Assembly: GCA_963841435.1 (NCBI GenBank)
Contig: CAWJCS010000005.1
Coordinates: 544,001 to 608,000 of the forward strand
Source of the DNA: an uncultured delta proteobacterium
Lineage (GTDB): Bacteria; Myxococcota_A; Polyangia; Polyangiales; Polyangiaceae
Length of the DNA: 64,000 nt
Reading direction: 5' to 3'
Made by a program: the position numbers and the translations under genes. How positions within the stretch are numbered: position 1 is the stretch's first letter; every line of letters begins with the position of its first letter. Of the stretch, positions 20,582-30,352 are shown piece after piece. The notes beneath the pieces are model-generated. The model was given only the letters and a program-made list of their open reading frames with translations. It did not search any database and had not been told where the DNA came from.

Positions 20582-20642
20582 AGCGCTGCGGCGCGTGGCC
20601 TCGACGCCGACGTCGAGCGACCACACGCCGCACCGGCCGCCG

Positions 20643-21596
20643 TCACATGTCTTTGACGCTGACGAGGGCGATGGTGAATGCCGCTGCCGCTGCTCCCCCG
20701 GGGACGATGAGCTGTACGGCATCGATCGGCTGCATCGCATACGCAGTCCCCATGCCACCTTCCCAGCATTCCGTGTTGAACATGGTGTAGGGGATGGTCG
20801 CGGGGCTGCTCGTGAGCGGCGCGCACCAGCGCGTCGAGCCTGCGGCGATCTGAACGCGAACGGCCGGGCCGGTGCTCGTGTAATTCACGACCAGGCTGGT
20901 TCCGGCCGGCGTTACCGTAGACGTCGTCCCTCCGCCTGCGGCCTGGTTCAGGTTGAAGCCCAACCAAATCGTGCCGGCATAGTCGGGGGCCACCGCGGGG
21001 CCCACCGTGCCCATCGCCGTCAACATGCAGCCAGCACCGCACGCGGCGAAGTCCTTCGGCGTCACGGTGCTCGCCGTGTCACCACCGACGGAAGAGTAGC
21101 CGTGCCAGCATCCACCACCGGCGGCAGGCGCTCTGACGAACCCGTCGGGATCCACCACGAACGCGGCGTCGCAGGCGACCGCCGAGGTTCCCGCTCCGCT
21201 ACCTGACGCACCGCTCGCGCCGGCGCCCGACGCTCCACCCGTTGCGACACCGGCGCTGCCGCCCGCGCCCGCGACGGCACCGCCCGTACCCGCGACGGCA
21301 CCACCGGTACCTGCAACGGATCCGCCGGCGCCGCTGAGCGTCCCGCCCGTCCCTGCGACGGCACCACCGACGCCACCGGCTCCGCCGACGCTCGTCACGC
21401 CACCCGTGGCACCGACGCCGCCGCCCACACCGCCGACGCCGCTGCCAGAGGTGCCACCCGCCCCGGTGTTACCGGTTCCACCCGAGCCAGGCGGAGGCGC
21501 GGAGTCCGGGACCTCGAGCGGGGCAGGCCCGCAGGCGACCACGGCAGCGACAGCTAGTGTTAGGTAGGAAGCAAAGGAAATGGCGGAACGGTGCAT
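20643..21596 (-). CDS. Lipoprotein with a Gly-rich linker and a Cys/Trp-containing beta-sandwich-like C-terminal domain
   Basis: ATG at 21596, lipobox VVAC, GGAVAGT repeats, then a compact domain (CWHGY, GFNLNQ, RWCA, FNTECW). Confidence 0.7.
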   Translation of the reverse strand: MHRSAISFASYLTLAVAAVVACGPAPLEVPDSAPPPGSGGTGNTGAGGTSGSGVGGVGGGVGATGGVTSVGGAGGVGGAVAGTGGTLSGAGGSVAGTGGAVAGTGGAVAGAGGSAGVATGGASGAGASGASGSGAGTSAVACDAAFVVDPDGFVRAPAAGGGCWHGYSSVGGDTASTVTPKDFAACGAGCMLTAMGTVGPAVAPDYAGTIWLGFNLNQAAGGGTTSTVTPAGTSLVVNYTSTGPAVRVQIAAGSTRWCAPLTSSPATIPYTMFNTECWEGGMGTAYAMQPIDAVQLIVPGGAAAAAFTIALVSVKDM

Positions 21597-21734
21597 TTCG
21601 GGACCTCGACTCGTCTTTGCTACTCCCCGAAACGGGGCTCGCCAAGACGCATTTCCCATGGTGTGCGCAACTCGCAAATTTGGTGCGGCGAGCGCGCACC
21701 CCGGCTTTGAACGTTGCTGGAAGATTTGGACATA

Positions 21735-22730
21735 ATGGTCACTTCGGACCCCGGGGTCCCGGCGCCCCTCCTGGTCGTGGAGGACCTGGCCGTGCACTAC
21801 GCGGCCACCCAAGGGCCCATCCGTGCCGTCGACGGCGTGAGCTTCGATCTCGCCGAGGGTGAGACCCTCGCGCTCGTCGGTGAGTCGGGCTGCGGGAAGT
21901 CGACCCTGGCCCGCGCCATCGTCGGGCTCGAGACGCCGACGCGCGGGCGGGTGCGTCTCGCGGGCGAGCCGCTCCTGCCATTTCCCGCCGCCACGCGCCG
22001 CGCGCAAAGCAAGACCATCCAGATGGTCTTTCAGGATCCCGACGCGAGCCTCAACCCGCGGCTCCCGATCTTCGCCGCCGTGAGCGAGGCACTCGAGCTC
22101 CACGCCGAGCTCGACCGCGACGAGAGCACGCGGCAAGTGGAGCGACTGCTCGAGAACGTCGGTCTCGATCGCGCGCTCGGCGATCGTTACCCGCACGAGC
22201 TTTCGGGCGGCCAGAAGCAACGCGTCTGCATCGCGCGCGCGCTCGCGGTCGGTCCGAGGTTGCTCGTGTGCGACGAGGCCGTGTCGGCCCTCGATGTCTC
22301 CGTCCAGGCGCAAATCATCGGTTTGCTGGTCGAGCTCCGGCAGCGCCTCGGCCTCTCGTATCTCTTCATCACGCACGATCTCAGGGTGGTACGCCAGATA
22401 GCCGACCGCGTTCTCGTGATGTACCTCGGCAAGCTCGTGGAGCTCGCGAGCGCCGACGACCTCTACGGCGCGCCCGAGCATCCCTACACGAGCGCCCTGC
22501 TCGAGGCGGTGCCCACCCTCGACCGCGGCGCGCCGCCGCGCGCGGCCCTCGGCGAGGTGCCGTCACCCTCCAATCCTCCGGCAGGGTGCCACTTTCACCC
22601 TCGCTGTCCCAGCGTGATGGACCGCTGCCGCCGTGAGCCCCCGCCGCTCTACCGCCTCGGCACGCGACGCTCGCGCTGCTTCCTGTCGGAGCCGAAAAGC
22701 ATTTCCGAAAACCAGAGCTCAGCCTCTTGA
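21735..22730 (+). CDS. oppF: OppF-like ABC ATPase (copy 2)
   Basis: [40 protein letters not shown] and GCHFHPRC. Confidence 0.9.
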   Translation: MVTSDPGVPAPLLVVEDLAVHYAATQGPIRAVDGVSFDLAEGETLALVGESGCGKSTLARAIVGLETPTRGRVRLAGEPLLPFPAATRRAQSKTIQMVFQDPDASLNPRLPIFAAVSEALELHAELDRDESTRQVERLLENVGLDRALGDRYPHELSGGQKQRVCIARALAVGPRLLVCDEAVSALDVSVQAQIIGLLVELRQRLGLSYLFITHDLRVVRQIADRVLVMYLGKLVELASADDLYGAPEHPYTSALLEAVPTLDRGAPPRAALGEVPSPSNPPAGCHFHPRCPSVMDRCRREPPPLYRLGTRRSRCFLSEPKSISENQSSAS

Positions 22731-22876
22731 AGATCGGAATGTCGGTCTTAAGTTATTGGTTGAATCACTGAGAGCGAGAAGCCCTCTTCGGCTTTCCGCT
22801 CCCGCCGAGAGCCGCGCGATGCGGCGTCGCGCGCTCGAATACGGCGCAGATCTCTCCGCCGAGAAAGGAGCCCTCC

Positions 22877-23221
22877 ATGTACCAGTCTTGGGTAGCAGCG
22901 GCGGCCCTGGCGGCAGGCACGGGCGTTTTCGCCTACGCCATGACGCTCGAGCGGACGCCCGACATGCCGTCCCTCAGGCCTATGCCGGATTCGGTGCACG
23001 TCGTGCCGCCCCCCGCGGCAACGGCGGTGCCGGAACCAAAAAGCAACGTCGTCGAGGTGCCGCCGATCACCGTGAAGGCTCACCCGCGCGAAGCGCGCTT
23101 GGAGCCGAAGCCCGAACCCGTCGCGACGCGCCCCTGTTCCACTTGGCGCGAAATCGGGCCGGCGCACGTGATCCGCGGCCAGCCCAGCGGCGCGGTCAGC
23201 GTACGCGAGCTCTGCCTCTGA
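22877..23221 (+). CDS. Small secreted or membrane-anchored hypothetical protein
   Basis: AAAGGAG RBS, N-terminal hydrophobic helix, Pro-rich middle and two C-terminal Cys. Confidence 0.6.
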   Translation: MYQSWVAAAALAAGTGVFAYAMTLERTPDMPSLRPMPDSVHVVPPPAATAVPEPKSNVVEVPPITVKAHPREARLEPKPEPVATRPCSTWREIGPAHVIRGQPSGAVSVRELCL

Positions 23222-23266
23222 GCCCCGGGTGCCCGGCAGGCCCTCGACTGCGCCGGCGCGGTGCTA

Positions 23267-24532
23267 ATGTCGCGCCCCCGCGTGTCGAAACCCACCGAGC
23301 CCCGTAGCACCTTCCGCCCCGTGCCCCGCACCGGGGTCATCTACGTCACCGTGGAGGCGCAACGTGCCGGCTTCCGGGCGGAAGATCCCGAGTGGTGCAA
23401 CCTCGGACAGGGTCAGCCGGAAACCGGCGAGCTCGACGGCGCGCCACCGCGCGTCACGAACGTGTCCATCGCCACGGCGGACCAGGAGTACGCTCCCGTC
23501 GCCGGGCTCTGGGAAGCGCGAGAGGCCGTAGCGAGCCTGTACAACGACCTCTTCCGGCGCGGCATGCCGTCGCGGTACTCGGCCGAGAACGTGGCGCTCT
23601 CGGGCGGCGGTCGCGTCTCCATCATGCGCGCGTGTGCTGCCATCGGGCAGATCCACCTCGGCCACTTCTTGCCGGACTACACCGCGTACGCGGAGCTGCT
23701 CGATATCTTCCGGCGCTTCACGCCGATCCCCATTTTGCTCGACCCCGAGCGTGGCTACGACTTCTCGCTGGGCGAGCTCAGGCGCGAGATCTCCGGGCGC
23801 GGGCTGGGTGCCCTTTTGCTCTCGAACCCTTGCAACCCCACGGGCAAGGCCATCCTCGGCCCCGAGCTCGAAGCATGGGTCGCCACGGCGCGCGAGCTCG
23901 ACTGCACGCTGCTGCTCGACGAGTTCTACTCGCACTACATCTGGCGCGGCGCCGAGCCGCTGATGAGCGCTGCGGCGTTCGTGGAAGACGTCGAGCGCGA
24001 TCCCGTCGTGATCTTCGACGGACTCACGAAGAACTGGCGCTACCCCGGTTGGCGCACCACCTGGACGGTCGGACCGCGCCGCGTCATCGAATCACTGGCG
24101 AGCGCGGGGTCGTTTCTCGACGGCGGCGGCTCGCGCCCGCTGCAGCACGCCGCGCTGGAAGTGCTCACGGCCGAGCACGCCCGCCGCGAGGCCGAGGCCA
24201 TCAAAAAAACGTTCGGCAGGAAGCGCGCGAGGCTGCTCGACGGACTGCGCGCGCTCGGCGTCCGCTTCGAGCGCGAGCCCGACGGCACCTTCTACGCGTG
24301 GGGGAACCTCGAGTCCTTGCCCCCCCCGCTCGATACGGGTGAGGGGCTCTTTCGGGCCGCGCTCGAGCAGAAGGTCATCGTCGTGCCCGGCAGCTTCTTC
24401 GACGTGGACCCCGGCCAGCGCCGCGTGGGCCGCGCCTCGCGCTTTTTGCATCACGCGCGGTTCAGTTTCGGACCAGGGGAAAGCGTGGTCGAGGTCGCGC
24501 TGGGGAGGCTCGAGAAGCTCGTGCGGGGCTGA
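23267..24532 (+). CDS. PLP-dependent aminotransferase class I/II
   Basis: NLGQGQPE, SNPCNPTG, DEFY, GLTKNWRYPGWR (PLP Lys), GTFY and RFSF. Confidence 0.92.
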   Translation: MSRPRVSKPTEPRSTFRPVPRTGVIYVTVEAQRAGFRAEDPEWCNLGQGQPETGELDGAPPRVTNVSIATADQEYAPVAGLWEAREAVASLYNDLFRRGMPSRYSAENVALSGGGRVSIMRACAAIGQIHLGHFLPDYTAYAELLDIFRRFTPIPILLDPERGYDFSLGELRREISGRGLGALLLSNPCNPTGKAILGPELEAWVATARELDCTLLLDEFYSHYIWRGAEPLMSAAAFVEDVERDPVVIFDGLTKNWRYPGWRTTWTVGPRRVIESLASAGSFLDGGGSRPLQHAALEVLTAEHARREAEAIKKTFGRKRARLLDGLRALGVRFEREPDGTFYAWGNLESLPPPLDTGEGLFRAALEQKVIVVPGSFFDVDPGQRRVGRASRFLHHARFSFGPGESVVEVALGRLEKLVRG

Positions 24533-24572
24533 CCCCCTTGTCCCCGCGGCCAGCCTCCTCAAGGATGGCCGC

Positions 24573-26897
24573 ATGAGATTTTCGCACGGCATCTGGAGAA
24601 TGAGGGACGGCGTGCAGCCGTACTGGGCGGCGCGTGTGACGCGGCACTACGTCGAGCACGGCGAGCTCGTGCTCCGCTGCGTGCACAAGGGCGAGCCCAA
24701 GAACAATCTCAACAACTACGGCATGACCGTGCGGCTGAGCTCTCCCATGCCGGGGGTCGTCCGCCTGCGCGTGCAGCACCAGACCGGTCACAAGAAACTG
24801 GGACCGAACTTCGAGGTCACCGAAGATCGCAAGGACGGCGTCGCCGTGTCCGAGGATGCCGATGCGATCGTCTTCGACGCCGGCGGCGTCTCGGTGCGGA
24901 TCGGCAAGCTCCCCTTTTCGCTCACGTTCCTCGACGGGAAAAAGAAGCTCACGTTCACGCGCGACAACTCCGTCGGCGTGATGGACGTGGCCGGCGACCG
25001 CCCGCACGTGATGGCGCGCTTCTCGCTGGGTGTCGGCTCGCACGTTTACGGCGGAGGTGAGCGTTTCGGACCCCTGGTGCGCGACGGCCAAACCGTGAAT
25101 ATCTGGAACGAAGATCCCGGAACCGAGACCGACCAAGCCTACAAGAACATCTCATTTCTGCTGACGAATCAGGGGTTCGGGCTGTTTGCCCGCGACCCGG
25201 GCCGCGTGGACTTCGAGGTCATGACGGAGCGCGTCTCGGCCATCCAGCTGAGCGTCCCTGGCAGCGAGCTCGACGCGTACGTGATCGCCGGGCACACGCC
25301 CAAGCAGATCCTCGAGCGTTACACGGCGCTCACGGGTCGCCCGCCCTTGCCGCCGCAGTGGAGCTTTGGTCTGTGGCTGAGCACGTCGTTCTTGACTGAC
25401 TACGACGAAACGATCGTCGGTGGCCTCATCGACGGCATGTTCGAGCGCAAGATCCCGCTGAGTGTCTTCCACTTCGACTGCCTGTGGATGAAGGAGCACC
25501 ACTGGTGCGACTTCGAATGGGACGAAGCAAAGTTCCCCGATCCGAAGGCGATGCTCGACCGCCTCAAGCAGCGCGGCGTCAAGATCTGCGTCTGGATCAA
25601 CAGCTACGTCTCGGAGTTCTCGAAACTGTTCGACGAAGGTCGCGACCGTGGCTACTTTTTGAAGACGAAAGACGGCGACGTCTACCAGCGCAACGATTGG
25701 CAGCCGCAGATCGCCATCGTCGACTTCACGAATCCGGACGCCGTCGAGTGGTACCAGAGCAAGCTATTTTCCCTGATGGAACAGGGGGTCGACTGCTTCA
25801 AGACCGACTTCGGCGAGCGCATCCCGCCCGACGCCGTGCACGCCGACGGCTCGGACCCGGAGCGCATGCACAACTACTACCCGTTCCTCTACAACCAGGC
25901 CGTCTTCTCGCTGCTCGAGGAGAAGCGCGGCAAGGGCGAGGCCATCGTGTTCGCGCGCTCGGCCACGGCGGGCTGCCAGCGCTTTCCCGTGCACTGGGGC
26001 GGCGATTGCGACGCGCGCTTCGAGGCCATGGCGGAGACGCTGCGCGGCGGTCTCTCGTTCGGACTATCGGGTGGCGCATTCTGGAGCCACGACATCAGCG
26101 GCTTCAACATGACGGCGCCCCCCGCGCTCTACAAGCGCTGGGTCGCGTTCGGACTCTTGTCGAGCCACAGCCGACTGCACGGAGCGACGAGCTTACGGGT
26201 GCCCTGGGCGTTCGACGAAGAGTCCGTCGACGTGCTGCGCCACTTCACGAACCTGAAGCTCAAGCTGATGCCGTACGTCTGGGCCTGCGCCGTCGAAGCG
26301 CACGACCGTGGCCTGCCGCTCCTGCGCGCGATGCTGCTCGAATTTCCCGAAGATCCCGTCGCCGAGCTGCTCGACACGCAGTACACGTTCGGCCCGTCGC
26401 TGCTCGTCGCGCCCGTCTTCGACGAAGGCGGGAGCGTCCGCTACTACCTGCCGCCCGGCGAGTGGACGGATTTTTTCACGTCGGAGCTCGTCGCGGGGGG
26501 CCGCTTCGTGACCGAAACCGACGTGAGCTACTTTCGCATCCCGCTGTTCGTACGACAAAACACGCTGCTCACCGTCGGCGCCCGCGACGACCGCCCGGAC
26601 TACGACTTCATGGACGGGCTCGAGCTCGAGCTGTTCTCGCTCGCGGACGGCGCGGAGGCGAGCGCCGTCGTGCACGCCGTGAGCGGCGCCGAACGGGCGC
26701 GCTTCACGGCGACGCGCCACGGCTCGAGCGTCGAGGTCCGCGGGACGGCCGGCAAGGACCTCCACGTCCGCTTCCGGCAGAGTCAGCAGGCGCGTGTCAC
26801 GACGGGCGGCGCCGTGGTGGAAAGCGATGCGCACGGGACGCGCGTCGCCTGGGCGGACGCGACAAAACCATTGCAGGTCGTGCTCGCTTCCGGCTGA
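24573..26897 (+). CDS. yicI: GH31 alpha-xylosidase
   Basis: MRFSHGIW, AYKNI, WSFGLWLSTSF, FHFDC.WM, FKTDFGE (nucleophile), HWGGDC (acid/base), WSHDI.GF and HSRLHG. Confidence 0.92.
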   Translation: MRFSHGIWRMRDGVQPYWAARVTRHYVEHGELVLRCVHKGEPKNNLNNYGMTVRLSSPMPGVVRLRVQHQTGHKKLGPNFEVTEDRKDGVAVSEDADAIVFDAGGVSVRIGKLPFSLTFLDGKKKLTFTRDNSVGVMDVAGDRPHVMARFSLGVGSHVYGGGERFGPLVRDGQTVNIWNEDPGTETDQAYKNISFLLTNQGFGLFARDPGRVDFEVMTERVSAIQLSVPGSELDAYVIAGHTPKQILERYTALTGRPPLPPQWSFGLWLSTSFLTDYDETIVGGLIDGMFERKIPLSVFHFDCLWMKEHHWCDFEWDEAKFPDPKAMLDRLKQRGVKICVWINSYVSEFSKLFDEGRDRGYFLKTKDGDVYQRNDWQPQIAIVDFTNPDAVEWYQSKLFSLMEQGVDCFKTDFGERIPPDAVHADGSDPERMHNYYPFLYNQAVFSLLEEKRGKGEAIVFARSATAGCQRFPVHWGGDCDARFEAMAETLRGGLSFGLSGGAFWSHDISGFNMTAPPALYKRWVAFGLLSSHSRLHGATSLRVPWAFDEESVDVLRHFTNLKLKLMPYVWACAVEAHDRGLPLLRAMLLEFPEDPVAELLDTQYTFGPSLLVAPVFDEGGSVRYYLPPGEWTDFFTSELVAGGRFVTETDVSYFRIPLFVRQNTLLTVGARDDRPDYDFMDGLELELFSLADGAEASAVVHAVSGAERARFTATRHGSSVEVRGTAGKDLHVRFRQSQQARVTTGGAVVESDAHGTRVAWADATKPLQVVLASG

Positions 26898-27138
26898 TTT
26901 CCTGACGGCGCGTTCCGGCACACGCTTCGACGACGCCATCAGCTCGCCGCCGCACTTGGGCGAGCAAAGCGCCTTCACGAGCAACCGCATCGCCGGGGTG
27001 CTGGCCCGAGCGGATCCGGTGCTCGACCGGATGCGCGTCTTTTCGCGCGAGCTCGGACCCGCCTGCCCCGGTACCGGGGCGCGCCAAAATTGCGTTTTTC
27101 TGCGCCCACCGTCGTTTTCGGGCTATCTCACCCGACAC

Positions 27139-28419
27139 TTGGGCCTCAGAGATCGCATCCGCGACCCGAACGTCTTCCGCGTCTACTGGGCGACGCTGCT
27201 GCTCGGCATCGCCTACGGCATGGCGCTGTCACGCTTCGCGTTGCTGCTCGGCTCGCGCGGCTTCGACGAAAGCGCCATCGGCACGCTCGGCGCATGGTTC
27301 GCCGGCGGCATCCTTGCGCTTTCGCTGCCGATGGGCGCGCTCATCCAGCGCTTCTCGGCCAAGGCGACGCTCGTCACGGCGCTCGCAGGGTACGCCGTCA
27401 GCGTCAGCGTGTTTCCGTTCCTGCCGTCGTACGCGGCCATCGCCCTCGTGCGCGTTTTCGATGGCGCGTGCTCCGTCGGCGTCTGGGTGAGCTCCGAGAC
27501 GATCCTTCTGTCTCGCTCGAGCAAGGACAACAAGGCGTTCGTCACGAGCCTTTATACGAACACGATCGCCGTCGGGTACATTCTCGGACCGCTCGCCGCG
27601 TACGGCCTCTTGAACCTCGCGCCACCGTGGGCTCCCTTCGTAGTGGCCGGGTTCATTGCGCTCGCGAGTAGCGCCTACGTCGCGCTCCGACTCGACGCCG
27701 AGCTGCCGGCGGGCACGCTGCACGATGTGCCATCGCCGGGCCCAGCGCGTGACGCTGCGCCCGTGAGCGCGCCGGAAGGCGAGGCCCCGACGTTGAGCGG
27801 CACGATCCTCGGGCGCATCAAGAACTCCTGCTACGGGACTTTCGCGTACGGCTATTTCCAGTCGAGCGTCGTGCTCTTCTTGCCGCTCTACATGAGCGTC
27901 GAAAAGGCCATTCCCGAGCAGAAGACGACGCTGAACCCCGCTTTCTTCGCCGCAGGCATGCTGCTCTTCGCAAACCCCTTCGGTCGCATCGGCGATCGCC
28001 ACGGTCATCTCAAGCTGATGCGTATCCTCGCGGTCATCGGCATGTCGATGATCCTCGGCTTCGTGTTCCTCGACCACTACGAGCCGATGGCCTTCGCCGT
28101 CTTCGTCGCGGGGGCTTCGCTCGCGAGCATTTCGCCACTCAGCCTTGCGCTGCAGGGCGTCGTCGTGTCGCGACGCGACTACCCACGGGCGAACGCGCTC
28201 TACAATGCGTTTTACGGCGCCGGCATGTTGCTCGGCCCGCCGATCTCGGGCCTGCTTTACGCGCGGTACGGCGGCGCGGCGATGCTCTATCACCTCGCGG
28301 CGCTCTGGCTGGGCTTCGTCCTGTTCTCGATCGTCTTTTACCGCGACGATCCGGCAGCACGCCCCGCCGTTGCTTCCCTCGAGGCCGGACGGAAAGATCC
28401 CGCGGTGACGGACGCCTGA
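27139..28419 (+). CDS. MFS transporter
   Basis: About 12 hydrophobic segments and a GRIGDRHG motif A in the second half. Start placed at TTG 27139 (uncertain). Confidence 0.85.
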   Translation: MGLRDRIRDPNVFRVYWATLLLGIAYGMALSRFALLLGSRGFDESAIGTLGAWFAGGILALSLPMGALIQRFSAKATLVTALAGYAVSVSVFPFLPSYAAIALVRVFDGACSVGVWVSSETILLSRSSKDNKAFVTSLYTNTIAVGYILGPLAAYGLLNLAPPWAPFVVAGFIALASSAYVALRLDAELPAGTLHDVPSPGPARDAAPVSAPEGEAPTLSGTILGRIKNSCYGTFAYGYFQSSVVLFLPLYMSVEKAIPEQKTTLNPAFFAAGMLLFANPFGRIGDRHGHLKLMRILAVIGMSMILGFVFLDHYEPMAFAVFVAGASLASISPLSLALQGVVVSRRDYPRANALYNAFYGAGMLLGPPISGLLYARYGGAAMLYHLAALWLGFVLFSIVFYRDDPAARPAVASLEAGRKDPAVTDA

Positions 28420-28502
28420 GCACGCGGTGCGGCTGGCGCCCACCTGAACCTGGTAGACCGGACTCCAGAGCGCGCGCGGCTGAGCTAGAATGATGGTTCG
28501 TC

Positions 28503-30341
28503 GTGAGCGAACGAGGGCGCTTCTTTCCAACGGTCTCCGTGTCGCGGCAGCGCCTGTCTGGCGCGCTCGTGGCGTCGCTCGTCTGCACCGCGCTCGGTTG
28601 CTCGGGATCGATCGATGCGCCCGCAACCGGTAACGGCGTCACGTCGTCGGGCTCCGGCGCCACGAATGGCAACGGCTCCGGCGGCTCAGGCGCGACCGGC
28701 GGCAGCGCCGCGAGCGGCTCGGGCGCCACGGGCGGCTCCTCGGCCGCGACGGGCGGCTCCACCGGCACGACGGGCGGCTCCTCGGGGAGCGGCGGCTCCA
28801 CGACCGGCGGCTCGGCCGGCACGACGCCCGACCCCGCCTGCCAGACGGCCGCACCCGACACGGACGCCACCGTGCTGCGCCGCCTTTCGGCGCTCGAGTA
28901 CCAGCGCACCGTGCAGAGCCTCTTCCAACTCGGCGATCCGCCGAACGTCAACGGCATCCCACAGGACACCGAGCGCCTCGGCTTCAGGACGTACGCCGAG
29001 TTCCAGACCATGTCGTCGTCGAACCTCCGCGCGTATCTCGACGCGGCGACCGAGCTCGCCGACGCCCTGCTCGCCGACAGTCCGCGGCGCACGGCCGTCA
29101 TCGGCTGCCAGCCGAGCGCCGCGGGCTGCCTCGCGTCGTTCGTCGCGGATTTCGGCCGCCTCGCGTATCGCCGCGCCCTCGAGCAGACGGAAATCGACGC
29201 CATCGTGAGTGACGCCACGGCGAACGCCCTCGATGCCGACGATCAGATCCGCTTCGCCATCGAGGTGCTGCTCTCGTCGCCGAGCTTCCTTTTTCGCGTC
29301 GAAGTGGGCAACGCCCCCGAAGGTCTCTCGACGCTCACGGCCCCCGAGGTTGCCTCGCGCCTCAGCTTCGCCCTGCTCGGTCGCTCGCCTAGCGCCGAGC
29401 TGCTCGACGAGGCCGGCACGGGCGCGCTCGACACGCCCGAGGGGCTGAGCGCGGCCGCTACCGCCATGCTCGGTGATGCCGACGCCCAGAGCTTCTTCGC
29501 GTCGTTCTTCCGTCAGTGGCTGGGGTTCGGCACGCTGCGCGCCCCGGCCACGCCGCCCGCCGGTTGGTCCAACGCCCTCATGCCCGACATGCAGGCCGAG
29601 ACGGACGCGGTCGCGCGTGACTACGCCTGGGGCGGCCAGCGCTTCCTCGACGTGCTCACGACGAGCACGACGCACCTCACGCCCGCCCTCGCCACCTACT
29701 ACGGCCTGCCGGCGCCCGACACGAACGGCCTCGTCGCGATTCCCGCGGGCGACGTGCGCTACGGCTCGGGCCTCCTGACGCACATGAGCCTGCTCAGCGC
29801 CAAGAGCGACGGGGATCTCATCGCGATCCGCGGCAACTGGCTGCGCCGCACCTTCCTGTGCGAGGAGCTCTCCCCGCCCGCCGACCTTGCCGATCAGATT
29901 GGCGACCTCTTGGTCGGTCTCACGCGCACCGAGATCGTCACGACGCGAAACTCAATGGCCGAATGCCGCGGCTGCCATGCCGCCATCGATCCCATCGGCG
30001 TCGGCTTCGCCAAGTTCGATGCAACGGGCCGCTACGACGACACGATCGACGCGTCGGTCTTCGGGATACAGGCCGCGCTACCCGACGCCGACGACGCGCC
30101 GTTTTCGACGATCGCCGAGCTTTCCGCAAAGCTTCGCGCCATGCCCACGGTGCCCGAGTGCCTCACGAAGCGGGCGTTTCTCTACGTGAACGGCCGCGAG
30201 CCGACGGCGCTCGACGCGTGCACCGTAGCGGCCGCGTCCCAGGCGTTCGTCGCCGGCTCGGAAACCTTCCCCGCCCTGCTCGAAGGGCTCGTCGAGGCGC
30301 CGGCCTTCCGGCTCAGGAGGGCTCCCGCGGCGACGCCGTGA
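28503..30341 (+). CDS. DUF1587/1595/1592/1588/1585 multidomain lipoprotein with one CxxCH
   Basis: Lipobox ALGC, Gly linker, LRRLSALEYQRTV, FGRLAYRR, LLSSPSFLFRVE, ASRLSF, RG.W....LC and CRGCH..IDP.G. Confidence 0.85.
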   Translation: MSERGRFFPTVSVSRQRLSGALVASLVCTALGCSGSIDAPATGNGVTSSGSGATNGNGSGGSGATGGSAASGSGATGGSSAATGGSTGTTGGSSGSGGSTTGGSAGTTPDPACQTAAPDTDATVLRRLSALEYQRTVQSLFQLGDPPNVNGIPQDTERLGFRTYAEFQTMSSSNLRAYLDAATELADALLADSPRRTAVIGCQPSAAGCLASFVADFGRLAYRRALEQTEIDAIVSDATANALDADDQIRFAIEVLLSSPSFLFRVEVGNAPEGLSTLTAPEVASRLSFALLGRSPSAELLDEAGTGALDTPEGLSAAATAMLGDADAQSFFASFFRQWLGFGTLRAPATPPAGWSNALMPDMQAETDAVARDYAWGGQRFLDVLTTSTTHLTPALATYYGLPAPDTNGLVAIPAGDVRYGSGLLTHMSLLSAKSDGDLIAIRGNWLRRTFLCEELSPPADLADQIGDLLVGLTRTEIVTTRNSMAECRGCHAAIDPIGVGFAKFDATGRYDDTIDASVFGIQAALPDADDAPFSTIAELSAKLRAMPTVPECLTKRAFLYVNGREPTALDACTVAAASQAFVAGSETFPALLEGLVEAPAFRLRRAPAATP

Positions 30342-30352
30342 GAACGACCACC

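Noticed and set aside
22745-22805. AT-rich tract with an IHF-like match, CTGAGA and a hairpin, considered as a TPP riboswitch
   Set aside because: The other TPP core elements are absent; more likely a promoter or terminator region, and too weak to call.
26900-27030. Minus-strand ALCSPKCGGEL...AVRK, reminiscent of the CPxCGG tail of IS91-like transposases
   Set aside because: Too short and degenerate, with no termini or catalytic region visible.
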